This document shows positions 20,742-28,832 of a stretch of DNA of 64,000 nucleotides, in pieces. A program made the translations under genes and the position numbers. Positions within the stretch are counted from its first letter, which is position 1, and each line of letters starts with the position of its first letter. The stretch lies in contig OZ241869.1 in the NCBI GenBank assembly GCA_965202805.1, positions 960,001 through 1,024,000 on the forward strand. The letters are read 5' to 3'. The notes under the pieces are model-generated. The model had not been told where the DNA came from. It made no database searches and saw only the letters and a program-made list of their open reading frames with translations. The stretch is from Longimicrobiales bacterium. GTDB taxonomy: Bacteria > Gemmatimonadota > Gemmatimonadetes > Longimicrobiales > Gaopeijiaceae.

Positions 20742-21084
20742 CACCGGGAGTCGTGGGCGGGCGCGCCGACCATGCGGTTCCGACATCCGGAAGCACATCC
20801 GTAAATCCATCAATTATAAAATCCTATGCGGCACCGTACCGTCTTTGCGGAGAGGCCCGCCAGCCAGCGTGCAAACGAGCCTGAGCCTGCAGGCGAACGC
20901 GGCTGATACCCGGCAGCTATCGAGACGTTCTGCATTCCCGCGGGCTGCCGGAGCCCAGGCTGATTGCTCGAGCCCGGATTCTCGGTCCGGGGCACGGACA
21001 GCTTCGCTTCATCGTCTCGGGGCGCCCCCCATCCCGCCACCGTCCCCGCGAACGTCGACGAGGGGCCGCCGTGCCGCCCATCAC

Positions 21085-21100
21085 AGGCTCGGGAATTGCA
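21085..21100 (+). promoter_or_regulatory. Putative sigma54 (-24/-12) promoter for tonB
   Basis: AGGCTCG-GGAA-TTGCA has the GG-N10-GC spacing of TGGCACG-N4-TTGC. Confidence 0.5.
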
Positions 21101-21179
21101 TGCAACTCGATAACGGACGACGCTGATGCCGTTGCGTCGTCCTCGCGACCTATTCGGAACGCCGCACGGAGGAAAGACC

Positions 21180-21860
21180 ATGACCGACCGCGACCACCAC
21201 GACCAGGCCTCGTCTCGGGCAGCCGCCAACGACCGCTTCAAGAGGTCGTTCAACACGTGGCTCTGGGGTTCCCTCCTCACCGCAACCGCGCTGCACTTCG
21301 CCATGTTCATGTTCTGGCCCGACATGACCGCAGCGACTGTCCCCGCCGAGCCGGACCTGATCCATGTGGTGGATATCCCCGACGCAATCCCGCTTCCGCC
21401 TGAGCCCGAGCCGATCAGCCGGCCGGCGGTCCCCGTGATCACCATCGATATCAGCGAGGAGATCACCATCTCGCCGACCACGTTTCGGGACAACCCGGTC
21501 GAGACGCTCCCCGACCCGCGCGAAGGCGAAGCGCGCACCCGCCTCATCGACCAGCCCGGGTTTACGCCGATGACCGTACCTCCGCGCCTCACCAACGAGC
21601 GTGAGGTGCGGCGCGCGCTCGAGCGGGAGTATCCCTCGATCCTGCGCGACGCGGGAATCGGCGGGAGGGTGTTTGTGCACTTCTTCATCGACGAGGAAGG
21701 GATCGTGCGTAAGACGCTGGTGGCGGCGACATCCGGACACGCGTCGCTCGACGAGGCCGCTCTGAGGGTTGCGAGCGTGGCCAGATTCACGCCGGCGCTC
21801 AACCTGGACAGGCTGGTGCCGGTGTGGATCCAGCTTCCGATTACCTTCGAGGTACGGTAG
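21180..21860 (+). CDS. tonB: Energy transducer TonB
   Basis: GGAGG RBS, TM helix with His, Pro-rich linker, YP...R.AGIGG.V.V.F.IDEEG TonB_C domain. Confidence 0.9.
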   Translation: MTDRDHHDQASSRAAANDRFKRSFNTWLWGSLLTATALHFAMFMFWPDMTAATVPAEPDLIHVVDIPDAIPLPPEPEPISRPAVPVITIDISEEITISPTTFRDNPVETLPDPREGEARTRLIDQPGFTPMTVPPRLTNEREVRRALEREYPSILRDAGIGGRVFVHFFIDEEGIVRKTLVAATSGHASLDEAALRVASVARFTPALNLDRLVPVWIQLPITFEVR

Positions 21861-21912
21861 AGGACGCCCCCCCGCCGCCTTCCAGGGCGGCGCATCCCGA
21901 TGCATCGATTCA

Positions 21913-22467
21913 ATGGCTGAACCAGTCACGCTGAGATCCGATCGCCTGTTGCTGCGCCCGTTCGAGCTCACGGACGCAGACGACGTTTACGCCTACGCGC
22001 GGGACCCCGAGTGGGGTCGGCATCTGCCTCTCCCAAGCCCCTATGAGCACAGGCACGCCGTCGAGTTCGTGGCGCGTTCCGTGCTCACCTCGTGGGACGC
22101 GAATCCCGCCTTCGCCATCTGCCTGGACGGCAGGTGCGTCGGGGGAATCAACATCAGGGTCGACGCGTCCAGGGGGACCGCCGAGATCGGGTACAGCATC
22201 GCCCGCGAACACTGGGGCCGCGGACTCGTTTCCGAAGCGGCGAGGGCGGTCATGGACTGGGCCTTCAAGGCGTTTGATCTCGCGAAGATCACCGCGATGG
22301 CGGACCTGGTGAACAGCCGCTCCTGGAGGGTGATGGAGAAACTGGGGATGAGGCGGGACGGCGTGCTGAGAAGTGAGCGCCCGAGCGACGCGGATCCGGG
22401 GATCCGGCAGGACATGGTCGTCTATTCGGTCCTGCGCGAGGAGTGGCGGGAGCGTGCCGCGGGGTAG
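21913..22467 (+). CDS. GNAT acetyltransferase, RimJ/RimL family
   Basis: RLLLRPF, EIGYSI....WGRGL..EA, N.RS.RVMEKLGM. Confidence 0.92.
   Translation: MAEPVTLRSDRLLLRPFELTDADDVYAYARDPEWGRHLPLPSPYEHRHAVEFVARSVLTSWDANPAFAICLDGRCVGGINIRVDASRGTAEIGYSIAREHWGRGLVSEAARAVMDWAFKAFDLAKITAMADLVNSRSWRVMEKLGMRRDGVLRSERPSDADPGIRQDMVVYSVLREEWRERAAG
22440..22456. repeat. 17-bp copy of the tRNA-Sec 3' end (putative distal att)
   Basis: ggagtggcgggagcgtg is identical to 27327-27343. Confidence 0.6.
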
Positions 22468-22512
22468 TCTGCCGGGCATCTGACGGGCATCTGACGGGCT
22501 CCCGGACCTCCG

Positions 22513-24417
22513 CTACGGCCAGAGGTCCACGTCGCCCTTCAGGTGGCGATCCAGGAAGGCCAGCATCCCAGGCATCCACTCGAGCCGGGCGGCCCGGCCG
22601 GCGACATCCTGGTATCGCTCGTAGGTGACCGGCTTGTAGTAGCGGGCGGCCTCGGTGGCGAACGCCCGCATCTGCACGTCGCTCTCCCCGGCGATGATCA
22701 GCATCGGCACGCCGACATCCTGCGCGAACAGGGTTGGGGAGGCCCGCCGGAAGGTCTCGCGGTTCTCGGCGAGCAGGCCGAGCTCGTACTGGTACATGTT
22801 GATGTTGGCCAGAGGCGACTCGCGCTCCACCAGCTGAATGCGGTTGGCGTATCCCTCGCGCAGGGGAACCGCGGCCCGGAACGCGTCCGGGGCGAAGGTG
22901 CCGGCCGCGAAGCTCAGGTAGGCCCCGTAGCTCACGCCCGTCACCGCGATGCGGTCTCCGTTGATGTCCGGCAAGGTGCCGAGGTAGCGCGCGCCCGCAA
23001 CGACGTCATCCAGGTCACAGCGCGCCCAGCAGCCGTTGTTGGCCTCCTCGTGTTCCCGGCCGAAGCCCGAGCTGCCACGGATGTTGGGCGCCAGCACCGC
23101 GAATCCGTGCTTGATGAAGTACTGGGCGTCGGAGTGTCGCCTCCACCCGTCCTCGAACTGCGACGAGGGGCCCCCGTGGACCCACACGATTGCGGGATGT
23201 CCCCCGGGCGGGGGCGGCCCGGCCGGCCGGAAGAGGTAGGAGTGGATGGTGAGCCCGTCGTTCTCGTAGCTCACCCTCTCGGGCATGAAGAACGCGTCGG
23301 CGAGCGAAGGATCCGGCAGCGACCGGGTCAGGCGCGTCGTATCCCCGGCAGCCGCATCCATGACGAAGAGGTCCGGGACGTGCGCCGGAGTGTCGAAGGT
23401 GAAGGCGATCCGGCTCCCGTCGGGAGACCACGCGGGGTTCGCGACCAGCCCCATCTCGGGCGCGAAGAGCGTCCGGACGGTGCCGTCGTCAACCGACGCA
23501 ACCCGGAGAACCTGACGCCCCTGCAGGTTGGAGGTGTAGGCCACCATCGCGGCGTCGGGGGACCAGCGGGCATAGCCCCGGAAGGGCTTCTGGGAGCTCT
23601 GATCGGCTGCTTCGGGCGCAAGCGGACGGGGCTCTCCCCCTTCCATCGGCGCGAGCCACCAGTTGATCCAGCCGCTGCGGTAGGAGCGGAAGAGCACCAG
23701 GTCCCCTCTCGGCGAGACCTGGCCCGGCCCGAACTCCTGCCCGGTGCGATAGTCCATCCAGTCCCGGTCGCTCACGATGAGGCGCTCGCCGGCGCCGGTC
23801 TGGGCGTCGATGGCGATGACGTCGCGGTGAACCCACCACTGGTCCATGCGCACGAACACCACCCTGGAACCGTCCGGCGTCCAGGTGGGCTGCACGTCGT
23901 AGCGGGCGTCGGTGGTGAGCCGCGTCACCTGGCCCCCGGGCACCGAGACCGTGTAGATGTCGTAGTTGCCGCGCAGCGAGTTGGAGAAGGCGATCGACTG
24001 CCCGTCAGGGGACCAGCTCCAGGCGAGCGTGCGGGCACCGAGGTCGGTCAGCTGGAACGCTCGCTGCTCGGGGACGGACCAGAGCCAGACTTCCTGCCCG
24101 TCGCCCGACGCGCTCGACACGTAGCCGATCCACTCCCCGTCCGGCGAGTACGCCGGGCTGGTCACGCCTTGGGCGGGGATCGCCCGGGGATCGCCTCCGT
24201 CGGCGTCGACGGTCCACAGCGTGTCCCGCCCGAGGAAGAGGATCGTCGAGCCGTCCGGGGACCAGTCGGGCACGGCTCCGTCCACGAGGGAACTCGTCGA
24301 GACGAACTCCTCGAGGGTGAAGTCGCCCGGGGTGCGGCTGGACGCCGTCGTGCCGCCGGTTTCCGCGCAGGCCGCGCCGGCGAGAGGAACGAGGATTGCC
24401 CACAGCGCTCGCTTCAT
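22513..24417 (-). CDS. S9-family peptidase-like protein with PD40 beta-propeller
   Basis: WSPDG repeats, VHGGP, GVSYG nucleophile elbow; catalytic His motif not seen. Confidence 0.88.
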   Translation of the reverse strand: MKRALWAILVPLAGAACAETGGTTASSRTPGDFTLEEFVSTSSLVDGAVPDWSPDGSTILFLGRDTLWTVDADGGDPRAIPAQGVTSPAYSPDGEWIGYVSSASGDGQEVWLWSVPEQRAFQLTDLGARTLAWSWSPDGQSIAFSNSLRGNYDIYTVSVPGGQVTRLTTDARYDVQPTWTPDGSRVVFVRMDQWWVHRDVIAIDAQTGAGERLIVSDRDWMDYRTGQEFGPGQVSPRGDLVLFRSYRSGWINWWLAPMEGGEPRPLAPEAADQSSQKPFRGYARWSPDAAMVAYTSNLQGRQVLRVASVDDGTVRTLFAPEMGLVANPAWSPDGSRIAFTFDTPAHVPDLFVMDAAAGDTTRLTRSLPDPSLADAFFMPERVSYENDGLTIHSYLFRPAGPPPPGGHPAIVWVHGGPSSQFEDGWRRHSDAQYFIKHGFAVLAPNIRGSSGFGREHEEANNGCWARCDLDDVVAGARYLGTLPDINGDRIAVTGVSYGAYLSFAAGTFAPDAFRAAVPLREGYANRIQLVERESPLANINMYQYELGLLAENRETFRRASPTLFAQDVGVPMLIIAGESDVQMRAFATEAARYYKPVTYERYQDVAGRAARLEWMPGMLAFLDRHLKGDVDLWP

Positions 24418-24537
24418 CGGAGCCTCCCGACCGAGCACGTCGGTCCTGCAGGAAGTCGGGTGTCGAGGGGGACCTTCAACGTGGACCGGTGCGGACCTGC
24501 GGAACAAGGGGCGTCCGCGCCGCGCGCAGGTCCGGAT

Positions 24538-25965
24538 CTACCCGTGCAGCGCCTCGATGCGCTCGACCATCGCTCTGGATTCCTGCGGCCCGAAGAGTCC
24601 CCCGAGGATCATCGCCGCGGCGCTGGCGAAGAGGGCGACCACCACCGGCGCCAGGCCGATGTCGATGAGGCCGGACTGCACCAGGATGTAGACGCCCGCG
24701 CCCGACACGACCGCCCCGACCCCTCCCGCCAGGTTGGCCCTCTTCCACCACAGACCGGCGATGGTGGGCACGAACAGGCTGGCGCTCAGGACTCCCACCC
24801 CCGCCGTGTAGAACTCCGTGATCAGCTCGGGCGGCGAGAACGCCCACAGGAGCGCCGCGATCCCGATCACCCAGGTCGAGCCGATGCGTACGAGGTTCAT
24901 CGTCCGCTCGCTGGCCCGGCCCCGCAGCAGGCCGCCGAGAAGATCGTGCGAGATGGCCGAGCTGCACGCCAGCAGGAGCGCATCCGTGGTGGACATGACC
25001 GCGGCGAGCACCGCGGCGACCGCGATCCCGCGGATGAGCGGCGGGAACTGGGTCTCCATCACACGCAGGAAGAGCTGGTCGGCATCCTGCAGTCCCGGAA
25101 AGTCGATCCTTCCGACCGGCACGATCGCGAGCACCGCCGCGAGGATCATCACGCTGTACGCCAGCATCGACAGGTTCAGCGAAAGCCGCGCGCTCCGGGC
25201 GTCCCTGGCCGTGAAGACCCGCATGACGATGTGGGGGATCACCGGGATGGCCGTGGCCCAGATGATGAAGTAGCCGAGGTAGCTGGACACCGGCCGGTTC
25301 GCGACCTGCCCCAGTTCCGGGGCCACGGCCGTGGCCTGGCTCATGATCTCGAAGGGCGATCCCACGCGCCAGACGATCACGAGCGCCGTGCCCATGATCA
25401 CGAAGAGCATGAGGAACCCCTGGATCACATCCGTCCAGGTGATGGCCACCATGCCCCCGAAGGAGACGTAGATGATGAACACCAGCGTGGCCAGCGCCAG
25501 CGCCGTGTTGTACGGGATGCCCAGCAGCGCCTCGGCGGTGATGCCCGCCGCCTTCAGCTGCGCCACGATGTAGATGGTGAAGGCCGCGACGATGAGGATC
25601 GGGACCAGATACCGGACCAGCGCGTGCGGGTACCGGAAGCTCATGAAGTCGGTGATCGTGAACTTGCCGAAGTTGCGCAGCGGCCTGGCAACAAGGACGG
25701 ACGCCAGCGGAAACCCGACCACCGCGCCCCCGAAGAGCGCGAGCGTCGCGGGGATGCCCTGGGCGTAGGCGAGGCCCATCACGCCGATGATCGATCCGCC
25801 GCTGGCCAGCGCCGCCATGATCGCCATCGAGTTGACGACGGTGCCGATGCGCCGTCCCGCGACCCAGTACTCGTCCCGGGAGCCCATCACCCTCTTCGAC
25901 ACCGCGATCCCGATCCCGATGCAGGCGGCGAGGTAGACCCCGACGAGTACGCGTTCGAGGAGCAT
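24538..25965 (-). CDS. Sodium:solute symporter family protein
   Basis: YWVAGR, GGMVAITWTDVIQG, AAVMST motifs; about 13 TM helices. Confidence 0.93.
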   Translation of the reverse strand: MLLERVLVGVYLAACIGIGIAVSKRVMGSRDEYWVAGRRIGTVVNSMAIMAALASGGSIIGVMGLAYAQGIPATLALFGGAVVGFPLASVLVARPLRNFGKFTITDFMSFRYPHALVRYLVPILIVAAFTIYIVAQLKAAGITAEALLGIPYNTALALATLVFIIYVSFGGMVAITWTDVIQGFLMLFVIMGTALVIVWRVGSPFEIMSQATAVAPELGQVANRPVSSYLGYFIIWATAIPVIPHIVMRVFTARDARSARLSLNLSMLAYSVMILAAVLAIVPVGRIDFPGLQDADQLFLRVMETQFPPLIRGIAVAAVLAAVMSTTDALLLACSSAISHDLLGGLLRGRASERTMNLVRIGSTWVIGIAALLWAFSPPELITEFYTAGVGVLSASLFVPTIAGLWWKRANLAGGVGAVVSGAGVYILVQSGLIDIGLAPVVVALFASAAAMILGGLFGPQESRAMVERIEALHG

Positions 25966-26234
25966 CAGCCGTCTCCTCCGTCCCCTGCCGAGCCTCTTCC
26001 GGATTCATCGCCACTCGCTCCGGCCCCGGCGCCTCCGGTCCGGTCACGCCCCAGGATCGTGACGAGAGCCAGCGCCGGCGAGATCAGCATCAGCGCGGCG
26101 ATGAGCCAGCCGAATACGGCCATGCCCCCCACCTCGATGGTGCGCCACTCGGGGATGAACGCGAACGCGGCGAACGCGATGAGGAAGACGAGGGTCGCGC
26201 CCTCGCCGCGCCTCAGCGGAAAGAAGGATTTCAT
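25965..26234 (-). CDS. Small 2-TM accessory protein of the SSS transporter
   Basis: Two hydrophobic helices; overlaps the symporter start. Confidence 0.65.
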   Translation of the reverse strand: MKSFFPLRRGEGATLVFLIAFAAFAFIPEWRTIEVGGMAVFGWLIAALMLISPALALVTILGRDRTGGAGAGASGDESGRGSAGDGGDG

Positions 26235-26329
26235 GGACGGTAGGGTGCGCGCCGCGGGCGGTTGGCGCAACCGGGGATGCGGTTGAAGTGCCGCCTGGCG
26301 GAGACGGTGCGGCTCCCGCGCTTGCGGGC

Positions 26330-27292
26330 CTACCCGTCGTTCCGCTCGCAGACGATGCCGTCGCCGTCGGCGTCCCGCATGAACGGGTAGGCCGGGTGGC
26401 CGCGGCGAACCGGGGCGATGCCGTGGCGCCGCGCTTCAGCGCACGTAATCACCCCGTTTCCGTTGTCGTCCCACAGCCGCAGGGCGTCAGGCAGCCCCGT
26501 CCGTGATGCGGGAGCCTGCGGTGCACCCGCCGGTTCACCGGCCCGCTCGCACACGACGCCGTCCCCATCCCCGTCCCGCATGAACGGATAGGCCGGATGG
26601 TCGCGCGGCACCGGGGCGATTCCGTGACGGCGCGCCTCCGCGCAGGTGATGGTCCCGCTCCCGTTGTCGTCCCACAGCCGCAAGGCCTCAGCCGAGGCCA
26701 CGCTCCCTTGCGCCGCATCGGCCCAATCGCCGCCGCCGACGTCCAGCTCGGTGGTCGCGCAGCCGGACAGAACCGTTTCCAGAGTCTCCGCCTCCCGCGC
26801 GTCGATGGTAAGGCCCCAGCGCTGCCGGACGGCCACCACACGTGCGGCGAACCAGCACCGGTTTCGCTGGGGCATCCATTCGGCGGCATCGCTCGCGCCC
26901 TTGAACCCCCGGTTCAATCCCGGGCTTGCGAGCGTGAGGTTGAGCAGGTCCCGGGCGAAGGCGCGCCGGGTCTCGGGGTCGGCCGCGCAGAGCCCCGAGT
27001 CGTGGGCCTCGCTGCGCGCGACCATGTGCTCGATGTCCGTCTCCCCGGTAGACGCAAAGCGCTGGCCGGTGTACGGGGAGTAGATGCCACCGAGGTCGCG
27101 AACGATCGAGGCCTCGACGGATTGCGGGTAGCTGTAGTCGCCGGCCCGATAGGGGGAGCACCTGCGCTCAGGGGCTACTACCAGCCCCCTCCACGTCTGG
27201 CCGGAGGCATCGGTCGCCGCCGACGCGGCAACCAGGAGCAACAGCAGGGGGAGCGTCCGCGACATCTGCGCCCAATAGCCCGTGTGTTTCAT
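26330..27292 (-). CDS. Secreted DUF1524/HNH-type nuclease with two Excalibur Ca-binding domains
   Basis: Signal peptide; DIEHMVA..EAHDSG and NLTLA....N..KG..D..EW; two copies of CAEARRHG...HPAY.FMRD.DGDG.VCE. Confidence 0.85.
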   Translation of the reverse strand: MKHTGYWAQMSRTLPLLLLLVAASAATDASGQTWRGLVVAPERRCSPYRAGDYSYPQSVEASIVRDLGGIYSPYTGQRFASTGETDIEHMVARSEAHDSGLCAADPETRRAFARDLLNLTLASPGLNRGFKGASDAAEWMPQRNRCWFAARVVAVRQRWGLTIDAREAETLETVLSGCATTELDVGGGDWADAAQGSVASAEALRLWDDNGSGTITCAEARRHGIAPVPRDHPAYPFMRDGDGDGVVCERAGEPAGAPQAPASRTGLPDALRLWDDNGNGVITCAEARRHGIAPVRRGHPAYPFMRDADGDGIVCERNDG

Positions 27293-27330
27293 GGCCTTCG
27301 GCGAAGGCCGGCAACCTTGAGTATCCGGAG

Positions 27331-27427
27331 TGGCGGGAGCGTGTGAGAATCGAACTCACCAGCCCGGGTTCAAGCCGGGCCAGACGGTTTTGAAGACCGC
27401 TGGGGTCACCAGACCCCACCCGCCCCC
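27331..27427 (-). tRNA. selC: tRNA-Sec(UCA)
   Basis: TCA anticodon, 6-bp D stem with 4-nt loop, long variable arm, extended acceptor arm, G73 and encoded CCA. Confidence 0.93.
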
Positions 27428-27701
27428 CTGCAACTCCGGCGCGCACAGTATCGGAGAAGTTAACCCGGCTACCGCCGCGCTGACAGGCTGCGACACGGGT
27501 GCCGCTCGCGGACCTTTCCATATCGCGCCCAGCCACGGGGATCGACGCCAACCCTGACGATACGTAAGGGTTGTGCTCGCCACGCCAAGCACCCGGAGAT
27601 CCCCACTGGCGCCACTCCCACCGCGGATCAAGGGACCCGGCGCCCCGCCCCGATGGCCGACCGGGTAGCAAATCACCGTGTGCCGGGGGTAGTTTCCCGT
27701 C

Positions 27702-28793
27702 ATGCCTGACGACATCACCCCCACCGGATCATCCGCCTTCGCCCGCAGGGGACGGCGCCCGCCCGCCACCTCCGAATCCCATGACGGGCATCCGTCCGCG
27801 CGCGACGCCCCGGTGCGGCCGGACCGGACGGTGCGCTCCGACCACGAGCCCTGGAACCCGGGAACACCCCTCGAGCTGGACTGGCTGCGCCACGTTCGCG
27901 TGAACCGGAGCGCCGCGGAGCGCCGGGCCGCTTCCCTTCCCGGCCGCCGGAGCGTCAAACGCCAGTGGCAGGCGGCCTGGCTGCTGCGCGCGGTCACCTG
28001 CATCGACCTCACCACGCTCGCGGGTGACGACACGCCCGGGCGCGTGGGCCGGCTGTGCGGCAAGGCCCGCAACCCCGTGCGCGCCGACCTGCTGGAGGCG
28101 GCGGGCGCTTCCGGGCTGCCCATCCGGGTCGCGTCCGTGTGCGTCTACCCCAGCATGGTCGCCGCCGCGGTCGAGGCGCTGGCCGGGTCCGGAATACCGG
28201 TCGCGGCAGTAGCCGCGGGCTTCCCCGCCGGCCTGACGCCCTTCGCCGAGCGACTCGACGAGATCCGGGCGGCCGTGGCGGCAGGCGCCGCCGAGATCGA
28301 CATCGTCATCACCCGGGAGCACGTCCTGCGCGGCCGCTGGGGCGACCTCTACGACGAGGTCGGCGCCTTCCGCGAGGCCGCCCGGGGGGCGCACCTGAAG
28401 ACCATCATCGCCACCGGCGAACTCGCAACCCTCACCAACGTGGCGCGCGCGAGCCTGGTCTGCATGATGGCCGGGACGGACTTCATCAAGACCTCCACGG
28501 GCAAGGAGAGCGTGAACGCCACCCTGCCCGTCGGGCTCACGATGGTGCGTCAGATCCGCGCCTGGCGCGAGCGAACCGGCTATCGCGTCGGCTTCAAGCC
28601 CGCGGGGGGAATCGGCAAAGCGAAGCAGGCGCTGCAGTGGATGGTGCTGATGCGCGAGGAACTGGGCCCCCGCTGGATGCAGGCCGGGCTCTTCCGCTTC
28701 GGCGCCAGTTCCCTGCTGGGCGACATCGAACGCCAGATCGAGCACTACGTCACGGGCCGCTATTCCGCCACCCATCGACATCCCATGGCCTAG
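27702..28793 (+). CDS. deoC: Deoxyribose-phosphate aldolase
   Basis: IDLTTL.GDDT, EIDIVI, DFIKTSTGK, FKPAGGI, RFGASSLL. Confidence 0.95.
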   Translation: MPDDITPTGSSAFARRGRRPPATSESHDGHPSARDAPVRPDRTVRSDHEPWNPGTPLELDWLRHVRVNRSAAERRAASLPGRRSVKRQWQAAWLLRAVTCIDLTTLAGDDTPGRVGRLCGKARNPVRADLLEAAGASGLPIRVASVCVYPSMVAAAVEALAGSGIPVAAVAAGFPAGLTPFAERLDEIRAAVAAGAAEIDIVITREHVLRGRWGDLYDEVGAFREAARGAHLKTIIATGELATLTNVARASLVCMMAGTDFIKTSTGKESVNATLPVGLTMVRQIRAWRERTGYRVGFKPAGGIGKAKQALQWMVLMREELGPRWMQAGLFRFGASSLLGDIERQIEHYVTGRYSATHRHPMA

Positions 28794-28832
28794 CGGCCCG
28801 TGGACGAACTCCCCCTGAGCAAGCCCCGCGCG

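Noticed and set aside
22543..26286. 1247-aa plus-strand ORF
   Set aside because: Antisense shadow of the S9 and SSS genes; typical of high-GC codon bias, with no motifs
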